Source: Ruminococcus sp.
GTDB lineage: Bacteria; Bacillota; Clostridia; Oscillospirales; Ruminococcaceae
DNA: 64,000 nucleotides
Assembly: GCA_022641595.1 (NCBI GenBank)
Contig: JALCDN010000001.1
Location: 9,244 to 73,243 of the forward strand
Direction: 5' to 3'
Part shown: one piece after another, positions 41,713-50,769 of the stretch
Layout of the letters: every line of letters starts with the position of its first letter
How positions within the stretch are numbered: the first letter of the stretch is position 1
The notes under the pieces: model-generated
Seen by the model: the letters and a program-made list of their open reading frames with translations, nothing else
Database searches by the model: none
What the model was told of the DNA's origin: nothing
Made by a program: the position numbers and the translations under genes

Positions 41713-41839
41713 AACGCAGACGGCTTGCGTACGCAAGCAGGGGGTCAGTCGGAACAAAGTTTTTACGTCAGCAATATATTTTCAGTCCGACTGACCCTGT
41801 ATGTTCACCGCTTGAAAAGCGGTGAACATCGTCTGCGTT
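41713..41839. other. Structured four-way-junction inverted-repeat element
   Basis: 10-bp closing stem enclosing three hairpins (see findings). Confidence 0.7.
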
Positions 41840-44049
41840 CATAGTCCTTGATTTTCACCGTAATCGGGAATATTTCCGCCGTTATTTTCATCACCGAAGT
41901 CATTTCCGAAGTCATCGCCATTCTCGTCACCAAATTCGTTTTCGCCGAAATCATCACCGTACTCGTCACCAAATTCGTTTTCTCCGAAATCATCATTGCC
42001 ATATCCGTTGGAATTTTCATCACTTATAATGCTGTTAGTATTTGCAGACTTCTTTATCTTAGCATCAAAATCCCCATTACAGTCGGAAGAAATATGTATT
42101 GTTGCAAAGTTAACATTAATCTCCGTTTCAAAAGGTTTTCCCTTATGTCCGTCATCAGATTCATTGACAAGTGTCGTTTTGATTTTGCTTGATTTAACAT
42201 TTGTTCCATAGTAAACCATTTTCGGTTCCACCTTGAAAAATGACACTTCTGAGCTGATTTTCTCACATTTTTTGTCCTTGGCAAAATACAGTGTCGACGT
42301 TAATCGCTTTCTGCTGTAATCTTTTATATAGTAAACTCCACCATTTGGTGATACCTGAAATTCGTTTACATACTCAGCAATTTCCACTTCGTCCTTGCCG
42401 TCGTTTAACATAAAAAGTACTCCGTCATCATCAATGTAATAAACCGTTTTTCCGTCATTTGAAACAGAAAACGAATCAACGTACCTTGCAATTCTACGGC
42501 TTTCATCACAATCTTTTCCCTCAGCCATATAAAGCTTCTCATCAGCAAGATAATAAATGATATCGCCAAACTTCTCACAGGTATCTATTTCATCATCACA
42601 ATCTATTTCATTTTTCATGCCGTTCTCATCGATATAATAGTATAAACCGCCAGAATAACTTGTGAACAATCTTCCAAGCAAATTGTCACAACCACAAGAA
42701 ATCACACTTGTACCGCAAAGCTTTGTCGGAACGTCCATATCCAACATCATAGCAGGTCTATTCAGAATCTTCTTGGATTTTCCACCATTTTCGGCATAAT
42801 ATGTTTTATCATCAGAACAGAAAACAATTTCAGAAAAATCATTGTTTAGCTCTATGCTGTAGCCCTCGCTGTTATCATATTCCGACAAAAGCACCTCTCG
42901 ATTTTTTTTCTTTCCGTCCTTATAAACATAAAGCTTACTTTTAAAGTCAGAAGCTTTTTTTGCATACTCCTTATAATCTTTTTCGTACTGTTCTAACTGA
43001 TTTTTATACTCATCGTAAGCTTTCTTATAGTCATCATAGCTTTCAAAATCACTCTTTTGTGGCTTATTCAATGGCTTTTCAGGCTCTGCAAGATACGAAT
43101 ATCCATAAACATACTTTGCACGGTCTGCTATTGCGATACATTTAAGATTCTCATCAATCTTTCCGGTTTCTCCATCATTGTACAAATACAGCGTATTATC
43201 GTTCTTTTTTGTATATGCAACTGTTTTTCCGTCAGGTGAAACTTCGGCTTCATTCATATCGGCATCATCACTGATTTTCACAGTTTTACCACTCTTTATG
43301 TCATAAAGGTAAAGTCTTCCGTCCATATCGTTGTACATAATGCCTTTTCCGTTGGAAGAAACCGAAGCTATTTTCACTTCATTTTCGCATACCTTTACTA
43401 TGCCATTTTTTGCTGCAGAATACAATGCCTTGTCGGTTGTCATTACTGCCATAGCGTTTCCGTTAACTGATGTATCCTGTCTTTCAACAACGCCTTTGAA
43501 CTCTCCTCCAACCTGTTTTCCGTCGTAAAAAGCACTTACTACCGAATCACTGTTGCTGAATAGCGTTATCGAATGCTTTTCATCGCCCATTCCATTCACA
43601 AACGCCACCACAAGTGACAACAAACATATAAGTACCAATGCACAAGCTGCTCCTATTGCAACTCGTTTCAGCGAAACAGTAACAACATTTCCGGCAGAAT
43701 CATTTTCTTCTGTCGAAACGACTTCTGCAGTAACTTCCTCAGACTTATCCGGATTTGTGGCACTATTTTTCGGTTTTCCGGCTTCATCTGATTCAGTATT
43801 CAAATTATGTCTGGTTGTCTCATTATGGTAAGCCTGTGCAAATGCGTCTTCAACACCACTACTGTTTTCGGAGCTTTCATTGCAAGCGGCTTCCGAATCA
43901 GCAGATATTTCCTTATTTACTGTGTTTTCCGTCGCAGTGTTATTTTCCTGAGAATTTTCATTTTCTGCCTGTGCTTCAAGCTTTGCACCGCAATGCAAGC
44001 AGAATTTTTCACCGTCATTATTGTCTGAACCGCATATACTGCATTTCAT
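41839..44049 (-). CDS. Zinc-ribbon, single-TM, beta-propeller-like surface protein
   Basis: CSICG...FCLHCG, acidic linker, TM, SxDGK/SPNG repeats, C-terminal DDFGENEFGDE repeats. Confidence 0.75.
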   Translation of the reverse strand: MKCSICGSDNNDGEKFCLHCGAKLEAQAENENSQENNTATENTVNKEISADSEAACNESSENSSGVEDAFAQAYHNETTRHNLNTESDEAGKPKNSATNPDKSEEVTAEVVSTEENDSAGNVVTVSLKRVAIGAACALVLICLLSLVVAFVNGMGDEKHSITLFSNSDSVVSAFYDGKQVGGEFKGVVERQDTSVNGNAMAVMTTDKALYSAAKNGIVKVCENEVKIASVSSNGKGIMYNDMDGRLYLYDIKSGKTVKISDDADMNEAEVSPDGKTVAYTKKNDNTLYLYNDGETGKIDENLKCIAIADRAKYVYGYSYLAEPEKPLNKPQKSDFESYDDYKKAYDEYKNQLEQYEKDYKEYAKKASDFKSKLYVYKDGKKKNREVLLSEYDNSEGYSIELNNDFSEIVFCSDDKTYYAENGGKSKKILNRPAMMLDMDVPTKLCGTSVISCGCDNLLGRLFTSYSGGLYYYIDENGMKNEIDCDDEIDTCEKFGDIIYYLADEKLYMAEGKDCDESRRIARYVDSFSVSNDGKTVYYIDDDGVLFMLNDGKDEVEIAEYVNEFQVSPNGGVYYIKDYSRKRLTSTLYFAKDKKCEKISSEVSFFKVEPKMVYYGTNVKSSKIKTTLVNESDDGHKGKPFETEINVNFATIHISSDCNGDFDAKIKKSANTNSIISDENSNGYGNDDFGENEFGDEYGDDFGENEFGDENGDDFGNDFGDENNGGNIPDYGENQGL
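41886..41997. repeat. 39-bp coding tandem repeat (DDFGENEFGDE[Y/N]G, about 2.5-3 units)
   Basis: CTCGTCACCAAATTCGTTTTC present twice, 39 bp apart, plus a degenerate unit. Confidence 0.75.
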
Positions 44050-44097
44050 TTATTTTCCTCCCGATTATTTTTTGTATCGAGTTACCTGAAATTGCCT

Positions 44098-45348
44098 TTA
44101 GTGCAAGCTTCTTGCTTCTGTTTTCTTGATTTTTGAATGAATTATTAGGTTGACTGCTCCAACTATTATCTCAGCACCTCCAACAGCTCCGAATAACAAT
44201 GCTGACGGTTTAAGAATTGCTCCTGCTATGGTCAGCAAAAGTGCCTTTTCTGAATTTTTTATTATCATCATTCCGATTGCAAACAGCACCATTATTATTC
44301 CCGAAATAAGAATTTCTGTTCCGTAACAGTTGGTCATTGATTTTGGATTTCCGCACAATATCTTAGATTGCCATATCATAAGCAATACAGCTACAATTGC
44401 AGAAACTATCATTCCAACGTACATATATATATATATGTTTCTAAAGTCAAACCCGTACTCAGACTTCCAGTTTGATGGTAAAAGAGGCTTGGTTTCCTCC
44501 ATCTCATCAAATTGCTTTTCAATGTCAGCATAGTCCTTTTCCTGCATTCTATAGCCAAATTCGGATTCTATCACACCCTCGTTGTCTTTAAGAAATCCTG
44601 AAATGTCTTCGGCACTTACTGCCGCCTTGCCTTTTCCCTGCAAAACGAGGTCAGCGTATTTACCTGTAACATCGGCAATATACGACTTTAAGTCCGATTT
44701 TTCTATAAAATTCTCTATATTCTCCTCTTTGACATTATGCTTGCTGATAAATTTCTGATTCATTTCGCCATAGATATACTGAGCAAGTGTTTTACTGTCG
44801 ATTGCCTTTTCGTCAAAGAGTGTATCTGTTTTTACGCTTTCTACAGCTTTGCTTACCTCATCGCCTTTTACGCCGAACTTTACCGATATAAACGTTCCCA
44901 TAAGTACAAGAAAAATCGCTGTTATTGGCACAAGTATTCCTGCCGCAAACTTTCGTGCTGCTCCTACACGCACTTTTTCAGCAGTCGGCTGAGTTGGCAT
45001 ATCATCATATTTTTCGTCTGTTTCCGTGCTGTCGTCGTTAATATTCTGACCATTATAGGCTGTTTCAGGCTGTTGAGTATATTCGTTCTGCATTTGGTTC
45101 ACGCTGGAATTATCTTGAACTTGTGCATAATTCTCCGTGTTTTCATTATTCTTGGCAAGATTCACAGCAGTTGGTTGTGCTGTTTTGGTAAATTCAGCAT
45201 TTTCATTTGAGCTTGCCTGAAAATTCTTACTATTTTCCTCACTTTTTACTGATTGATTTTTATTTCCCGATTCATTCAGAACTTCTCCGCATGACGGACA
45301 AAATTTGGAATCTTTTTTTACTTCCGCACCGCATTTACCGCAATACAT
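44098..45348 (-). CDS. Zinc-ribbon membrane protein (1+3 TM)
   Basis: MYCGKCG...FCPSCG, Q/N-rich linker, TMs. Confidence 0.75.
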   Translation of the reverse strand: MYCGKCGAEVKKDSKFCPSCGEVLNESGNKNQSVKSEENSKNFQASSNENAEFTKTAQPTAVNLAKNNENTENYAQVQDNSSVNQMQNEYTQQPETAYNGQNINDDSTETDEKYDDMPTQPTAEKVRVGAARKFAAGILVPITAIFLVLMGTFISVKFGVKGDEVSKAVESVKTDTLFDEKAIDSKTLAQYIYGEMNQKFISKHNVKEENIENFIEKSDLKSYIADVTGKYADLVLQGKGKAAVSAEDISGFLKDNEGVIESEFGYRMQEKDYADIEKQFDEMEETKPLLPSNWKSEYGFDFRNIYIYMYVGMIVSAIVAVLLMIWQSKILCGNPKSMTNCYGTEILISGIIMVLFAIGMMIIKNSEKALLLTIAGAILKPSALLFGAVGGAEIIVGAVNLIIHSKIKKTEARSLH

Positions 45349-45428
45349 ATATTTCCCTCCGTTAATTGTGCCAACATTAATTATTTAATGCAAGTCACAT
45401 ACCTGCAAAACAAATTTCCATTTATCTA

Positions 45429-45460
45429 TAGGACACCTCTAAAAACTCTTTTTGAGGTAT
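45429..45460. repeat. Collapsed MITE remnant (two termini only)
   Basis: AGGACACCTCTAAAAACTC-TTTTTGAGGTAT. Confidence 0.55.
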
Positions 45461-45494
45461 TAATATTTCTTTAATTATACCCCATTTTTACAAA

Positions 45495-46166
45495 TTAGTC
45501 AATCTTTACTTCACCCATTTTCTCCGTCTTACAGCAAACAATTGCGCTTACCGACTTTACTTCTGCACTATGCAGACATCTGCACATCTCACGCAAGGTT
45601 GCACCTGTTGTTGATATATCATCTATTACAAGAATATTTTTACCTTTGAGTGCAGATTTGTTTCTTACCTCAAAAGCTCCGTTCAGATTACTCTGACGCT
45701 CTTTTGCGCTAAGTTCTTTCTGGTCTGTAGTTTCTCTTGATTTAACGACGCTTTTAAAGTCCTTGGGAATTAACGTCATAGCCGAAAGCTCCTCTGCCAT
45801 AAGCTCGCACTGATTATATCCCCTCAATTTGTGCTTTTTCTTTGTAATCGGCACAGGTACTATAACATCGTACGGCAAGGTTTCATTTTCTTTGTTCAGC
45901 TTTTCAGACATAAGTAATGCAAAGGCATATGCTGAATTATAGCAATAGTTTTTAAGCACATATATTGCCTGCTTTACATTCTCATCATAGACGCAGACGG
46001 CACTGACTTTTTCACAACCATCTATACTTACGCTTTCTTTTACATCGGTAAGCTTTTTTCTGCAATCGTTGCAGAATCCGTCCATATATCCTACATCTTT
46101 TCCGCATTGCGGACATTTTGTTGTATACAGAATATGTATTATCATACGATATATTTTTCTTTTCAT
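45495..46166 (-). CDS. comF: ComF family phosphoribosyltransferase-like protein
   Basis: CPQCG/FCNDC, IVPVP, RGYNQ, R..NL.GAF and VIDDISTTGAT. Confidence 0.88.
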   Translation of the reverse strand: MKRKIYRMIIHILYTTKCPQCGKDVGYMDGFCNDCRKKLTDVKESVSIDGCEKVSAVCVYDENVKQAIYVLKNYCYNSAYAFALLMSEKLNKENETLPYDVIVPVPITKKKHKLRGYNQCELMAEELSAMTLIPKDFKSVVKSRETTDQKELSAKERQSNLNGAFEVRNKSALKGKNILVIDDISTTGATLREMCRCLHSAEVKSVSAIVCCKTEKMGEVKID

Positions 46167-46183
46167 TGTACCGCCTTTCAAAG

Positions 46184-46211
46184 AAAAAGGCTGACTTCAA
46201 AGCCAGCCTTT
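46184..46211 (-). terminator. Hairpin with U tract after recR
   Basis: AAAGGCTG..CAGCCTTT stem, with TTTTT following on the minus strand. Confidence 0.55.
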
Positions 46212-46237
46212 CAGATATTCTGTTTAAAAATATAAGA

Positions 46238-46840
46238 TTACATATAATTTCTGTTTTCCAAAGCACGATAAAGTGTTACCTCATCTGCATACTCAAGGAT
46301 TCCGCCTACAGGAAGTCCGAATGCGAGCCTTGACACCTTTATTCCCAGCGGTTTTAGCAGATTTGCGATATAAAGAGCCGTTGCATCTCCCTCGACAGTT
46401 GGGTTGGTAGCCATTATTACCTCATTTACATTGCCCTCGGAGATTCTTGCAAGGAGTTCTCTTATTTTGAGTTGCTCCGGTGTGATTCCGTCCATTGGTG
46501 ACAGAAGTCCATGCAGCACATGGTAGAGCCCATTATATTCCTTTGTGCGTTCAAATGCCGTAACGTCCTTAGGGCCTTCAACTACGCATATTACCGACTT
46601 ATCACGCTGCTGGTCATCACATATCGGGCAGATTTCCTTTTCCGTAAGGTTCTGACAGCATTTGCAGTTATGAACGGTTTTTTTTGCGTTTACTATAGCC
46701 TCAGCAAATTCCTCGGCATCGTTATCGTCCATTGACATCACATAGTATGCAAGCCTCTGAGCTGTTTTCATTCCGATTCCGGGCAGTCTTGCGAATTTTT
46801 CCGCCAGAATTACGAGCGGAAGTGCGTTGCAGTCCGACAT
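46238..46840 (-). CDS. recR: Recombination mediator RecR
   Basis: [14 protein letters not shown]4 zinc finger, [18 protein letters not shown] and LEYADEVTL. Confidence 0.96.
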   Translation of the reverse strand: MSDCNALPLVILAEKFARLPGIGMKTAQRLAYYVMSMDDNDAEEFAEAIVNAKKTVHNCKCCQNLTEKEICPICDDQQRDKSVICVVEGPKDVTAFERTKEYNGLYHVLHGLLSPMDGITPEQLKIRELLARISEGNVNEVIMATNPTVEGDATALYIANLLKPLGIKVSRLAFGLPVGGILEYADEVTLYRALENRNYM

Positions 46841-46843
46841 CTT

Positions 46844-47191
46844 TTAAAATAATCCGGGGAGAGAAACTCCGCCGGTAATTTTGCTCATTTCGTCCTCTGT
46901 AATCTGTTCAATATTGTTTACAGCTTCGTTGAATGCACTTATAACGAGATCCTGAAGCATTTCGATATCGTCTTTATCTACAACGTCAGGCTTTATTGTA
47001 AGGCTCTTGACAGTTTTCTTGCCTGTGAGGACAACTTCTACAGCACCGCCGCCGGCAGTTGCAGTAAATTCTCTTTCCTCAATATCGCTTTGCAGTTCAG
47101 TTATTTCGCCCTGCATTCTCTGAGCCTGTTTAATCATAGCGTTCATATTCTGTGCGCCGCCGCCTAAATTCTTTGGTATTCTTGCTTTCAT
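46844..47191 (-). CDS. ybaB: YbaB/EbfC nucleoid-associated protein
   Basis: KQAQRMQ, AGGGAVEV, DIEMLQDLV.SAFN and terminal LPGLF; AAGGAG supports ATG 47191. Confidence 0.93.
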   Translation of the reverse strand: MKARIPKNLGGGAQNMNAMIKQAQRMQGEITELQSDIEEREFTATAGGGAVEVVLTGKKTVKSLTIKPDVVDKDDIEMLQDLVISAFNEAVNNIEQITEDEMSKITGGVSLPGLF

Positions 47192-47264
47192 AATAAATCT
47201 CCTTTTAATTATATATCCTGACCGCAGCAGGTATTTTTTAAGCTGTTGGCTTATCATTGTCAGC

Positions 47265-47325
47265 AGCACTGCAGCTGCCGCTCAATTATGGTTACCCTGA
47301 ATCAAACAAGTTTTAGAGGTATCCT
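47265..47325 (-). repeat. Partial MITE copy in reverse orientation
   Basis: Reverse complement GGATACCTCTAAAACTTGTTTGATT...GGCAGCTGCA matches the left end of full copies. Confidence 0.6.
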
Positions 47326-47340
47326 TATGAGTGAGAGCTG

Positions 47341-48933
47341 TTATTCAACAGCGGTATCAATTCCGCTGCTTTGAGCTTTTTTGATGAGTGCTTCCGCCAT
47401 ACTTTGTTGTTGTTGCTTTGTAACGCTGCACTTTGCACGAATAGCGTATCTTTTGCCTGTTACACGGAAGATAGCCTCATTCAGGGACAAAGCGTTGTCC
47501 TTATTTTTAAACAGTGTCATAAAGAACCTGTTTTCGGCAATTACGAGGAGAACATTTCCTACCGTGCCTGCTCTTGAGCCTGCAAGACTGCCATTTACAG
47601 CAGGATTAATCTTTTCAAGTTCAAGCAGAACATCGTTCCATCTGTCAAATGGAATAATATCCTCCGGTTTGACGGTTCTAAGGTCAACATCGGGTTTCGG
47701 CTCGACATCGGCAGCAGGACTTGAGGCTTGCTGAACGGCAGACTCTTCTGGCTTTTGCACCTTAAAGTTACCCGACCTCAATTTTTCCTCTAACTGTTTT
47801 ATTTTATCATAAATTTCAGAATTGTCAATAGAAACCGGGTTATTTTGCTGAATATTTCTACAAATTCTTATAATTCCCATTTCAAATTCGACTCTTTTAT
47901 TCAGCACACGGTTCATACGCTCACGGCATTCCTGCAAGGCAGAAATCTTCTCCATTACGGTTTCGAGCGGCATTTTCTCGCTGATACGGCGAAGCTCGGC
48001 GAGTTCCTCAGGCATACAGACTATAAGCTCGGCAGCAGTTTCCGGTGTAAGTCTTATAAGCATAATATTTCGTAGCTGAGTAATAAGCTCTTCGCAAAGT
48101 CTTGTAAGGTCTTTGGACATATCGTAAAGGCTGCTCACAACTGTGAGAGCTTGTGCTGTATCCTCATCGGCAACAGCGTCAAGCAGCTTGTAAAGATAGT
48201 CACGGCCTGCAATTCCTGCGATATTTGAGACTTCGGCAGCAGTTATTTGTTCTGCACACACTGAGCATTGGTCGAGAAGTGAAATTGCATCACGCATACC
48301 GCCGTCGGCGAGTTTGCCTATAAGCTGTGCCCCATCGTCGGATAGATTAATATTCTCCTGTTCTGCGATATATTTCAATCTCTGTGCGATATCTGCGGAT
48401 TTAATGCGTCTGAAGTCATATCTTTGGCATCTCGATGTAATTGTTGCCGGAACCTTGTGAATTTCGGTTGTTGCAAGTATGAATTTGACATACGCAGGTG
48501 GTTCTTCCATTATTTTCAGGAGAGCATTGAATGCACTTGGTGAGAGCATATGCACCTCATCAATTATGTACACCTTGTAGTTGCAGCGTTCCGGAGTATA
48601 AACCGTACCCTCACGCAGGTCACGAATATCGTCAACGCCGTTATTTGAAGCGGCATCTATTTCAATGATGTCAGAAAGTGCTGATTTTTCGGCATCAACG
48701 CAGATTTCGCACTCAAGGCACGGATTTCCGTCATTAAGGTTCTGACAGTTGACTGCCTTTGCGAGTATTCTTGCACACGTTGTTTTACCTGTACCTCTTG
48801 AGCCTGTGAAAAGGTAAGCGTGGGCAGTTTTCCCGCTTTTTATCTGATTTTTCAGTGTTTCGGTTATATGTTGCTGGGAGATTACGTCGTCAAAGGTGAG
48901 CGGCCTCCACTTGCGGTAAAGAGCCTTATACAA
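47341..48933 (-). CDS. dnaX: DNA polymerase III subunit gamma/tau
   Basis: ALYRKWRP, GSRGTGKTT, EIDAASNNGVD, IIDEVHML and SRCQRYDF; TTG start. Confidence 0.96.
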   Translation of the reverse strand: MYKALYRKWRPLTFDDVISQQHITETLKNQIKSGKTAHAYLFTGSRGTGKTTCARILAKAVNCQNLNDGNPCLECEICVDAEKSALSDIIEIDAASNNGVDDIRDLREGTVYTPERCNYKVYIIDEVHMLSPSAFNALLKIMEEPPAYVKFILATTEIHKVPATITSRCQRYDFRRIKSADIAQRLKYIAEQENINLSDDGAQLIGKLADGGMRDAISLLDQCSVCAEQITAAEVSNIAGIAGRDYLYKLLDAVADEDTAQALTVVSSLYDMSKDLTRLCEELITQLRNIMLIRLTPETAAELIVCMPEELAELRRISEKMPLETVMEKISALQECRERMNRVLNKRVEFEMGIIRICRNIQQNNPVSIDNSEIYDKIKQLEEKLRSGNFKVQKPEESAVQQASSPAADVEPKPDVDLRTVKPEDIIPFDRWNDVLLELEKINPAVNGSLAGSRAGTVGNVLLVIAENRFFMTLFKNKDNALSLNEAIFRVTGKRYAIRAKCSVTKQQQQSMAEALIKKAQSSGIDTAVE

Positions 48934-48957
48934 GGCATTCAGCCTCCTTTTACGTTA

Positions 48958-49875
48958 TTATGATATATCTGAAGAAACAGGGTGCTCCTCTGTGAGGGCA
49001 ACCGCCTGTACCTCCTTATAATACGTTGTAAATCCCTGTGAATCGGGAATATTGTTAAGTATTGCCTTGCGGTAATATTCTTCGCCCTTGTCAAATTTAT
49101 GAAGCAAGGCACAAGCTATCGCACAGCCGCCAAGAGCGTTGGGGTAGTCCTCACGAAGCTCGACAGCTTTTTCAAACCATTCCAGTGATTTTTCCGGCAT
49201 ATTTGCACGCAGCAGCATCCTTCCGATATCAGTTCTTATAATACTTTTGTACTCATTTTTTCCTTCACTGAGTATTTCGTTATAGAGCTGGATTGATCGG
49301 TCATATTCGCCCATATCGCCGTAGCAGCGTGCATTGAAGATATCCATAAGGTCATTGTGAAAATTCAGTGCAACAGCATTTTCATAATATGTTGATGCGT
49401 TTGAGAAATATCCCATAAGTTGGTAACACCGACCTATGTAGAAATCAAGTACACCTTTTTCGTCATCTGTTATTTCAAGGTCTTTAATTGAAATGAACTT
49501 ATCGAGTGCATTTTTCACATCGTGAGCAAACAGCAAATCCATAGCTTTTGAAAATGCGAATGATTTTTTATTAAGGTCATTAAAATTATCGCCTATTATG
49601 TTTCCGTCGTACTTATGGAAAGAGAAAAATTTATATTTTGAGCGTTCGTTTATGTAAAGAACTATAATAGCAATGAAGTCAAACAGTAGTGTGAAGCCAA
49701 ATATTGCAATTGGAAATTCACACGCAAAGTCAGTATTTGCACCATCGCTCATGTATGAAATAACAAAAAATGCAGATAACACATAATAAGTCACCAATAC
49801 AAGTCTTGCACTTTCCTTGGCAGCCTTTTTTAAACAAAGCAGGTTACGTTTAAAGCGGTTAAAAAGGAATTTCAT
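48958..49875 (-). CDS. Membrane-anchored tetratricopeptide repeat protein
   Basis: Two N-terminal TMs followed by TPR-like helices (IGRCYQLMG..A..YY..A). Confidence 0.7.
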   Translation of the reverse strand: MKFLFNRFKRNLLCLKKAAKESARLVLVTYYVLSAFFVISYMSDGANTDFACEFPIAIFGFTLLFDFIAIIVLYINERSKYKFFSFHKYDGNIIGDNFNDLNKKSFAFSKAMDLLFAHDVKNALDKFISIKDLEITDDEKGVLDFYIGRCYQLMGYFSNASTYYENAVALNFHNDLMDIFNARCYGDMGEYDRSIQLYNEILSEGKNEYKSIIRTDIGRMLLRANMPEKSLEWFEKAVELREDYPNALGGCAIACALLHKFDKGEEYYRKAILNNIPDSQGFTTYYKEVQAVALTEEHPVSSDIS

Positions 49876-49978
49876 TTAGAATATTCTCCTGTTATTTCGT
49901 ATAATTCAGCAGATTCCGCACGGATAAATGTATTTTTGAGGCAGATTCGCACGATAGACAAAGTAAAATTCTTAATAC

Positions 49979-50138
49979 AGGGTGCTTATAAAAGCTCATT
50001 TGATTAAGGAAAAACAGATAGGTGCGGTAGCTGCAAGAAAGCCTTCCGGAAGGCGGCTGTCGCACTCAGAGGGATGTTAACGCAGTATATTACCGTGCAT
50101 AGCTGTTTTCTCTCAAAAGAAGTTTTTAGAGGTACCCT
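49979..50138. mobile_element. MITE-like ~160-bp repeat, copy 2
   Basis: AGGGTGCTTATAAAAGCTC...AGTTTTTAGAGGTACCCT; internal GCTGTCGCACT and ATAGCTGTTTT shared. Confidence 0.8.
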
Positions 50139-50158
50139 ACAGACATTTAAAAATAAAA

Positions 50159-50288
50159 ATATCCGGAACATAGATGTGCAGGCTGACTGCGGCACACAAA
50201 ACAGCTCGCTTAATGCTGCTCGGTCTCCCGCCTGACATGGTTCACGACGTCTCATTGCACAGGGCCCGCACATCTATATTTCGGATAT
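50159..50288 (-). ncRNA. ffs: Signal recognition particle RNA (small bacterial type)
   Basis: GAACCATGTCAGGCGG-GAGA-CCGAGCAGCATTAAGCG helix-8 core within a long hairpin; canonical position upstream of dnaX-ybaB-recR. Confidence 0.9.
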
Positions 50289-50338
50289 ATTTCGGTTTAT
50301 ATTAGCATACAGAGCCGACCTCGGCTTAATGCTTTTAT

Positions 50339-50367
50339 ATAATACCATATTTTTTCGATTCTGTCAA
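50339..50367 (-). promoter_or_regulatory. Sigma-A promoter for ffs
   Basis: TTGACA-17-TATTAT with TG extension. Confidence 0.75.
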
Positions 50368-50459
50368 GTGCTACTATGCTAATTTTGTTCGATATTTTTC
50401 TGTTTTTTTGTCGAATAGTCCGAAATATGGGCATATAGCACAATTTGCACATTTTTCCG

Positions 50460-50488
50460 TTGACATATCACCTGCTTTAGTGTAGAAT
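50460..50488 (+). promoter_or_regulatory. Sigma-A promoter upstream of the EAL gene
   Basis: TTGACA-17-TAGAAT. Confidence 0.65.
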
Positions 50489-50769
50489 ATTATTATACGC
50501 TGTTATTTAATTCACAATCACAGCTTTTATGTACATTATTATTCCTTATTTCTTACGCTTTAACTGTATTAACTTTTATTATGAACAAAATATGTACAAA
50601 CGTTTAACTTCATTTCCATATTATAGAATCTTTTGTAAAAAAATTCTACTTTTTATCTCGATTTACTTGATTTTTTATTCATGATGTGCTATAATGTGTT
50701 TAATTAGTGAAATCCTTTTATGTACTTCCTATTTTATTTCCCTTTTTATAATAAGGAGGAGTTCAAATA

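Noticed and set aside
41713-41839. Retron msr-msd ncRNA (closing inverted repeat followed by G)
   Set aside because: No reverse transcriptase gene nearby; kept only as an unexplained structure.
47192-47269. ORF-track N-terminal extensions (ybaB 47269; likewise GH95 392, truA 12391, GH9 30285, queT 53211, murT 59734)
   Set aside because: Downstream ATGs have the SD and family-typical starts; the extensions run into repeats, leaders or neighbouring genes.
50004-50273. 89-aa ORF over ffs and the MITE
   Set aside because: Overlaps the SRP RNA and repeat; no RBS; spurious.
50489-50769. c-di-GMP riboswitch in the long leader of the EAL gene
   Set aside because: Very AT-rich, no class I or II signature; contains a second plausible promoter instead.
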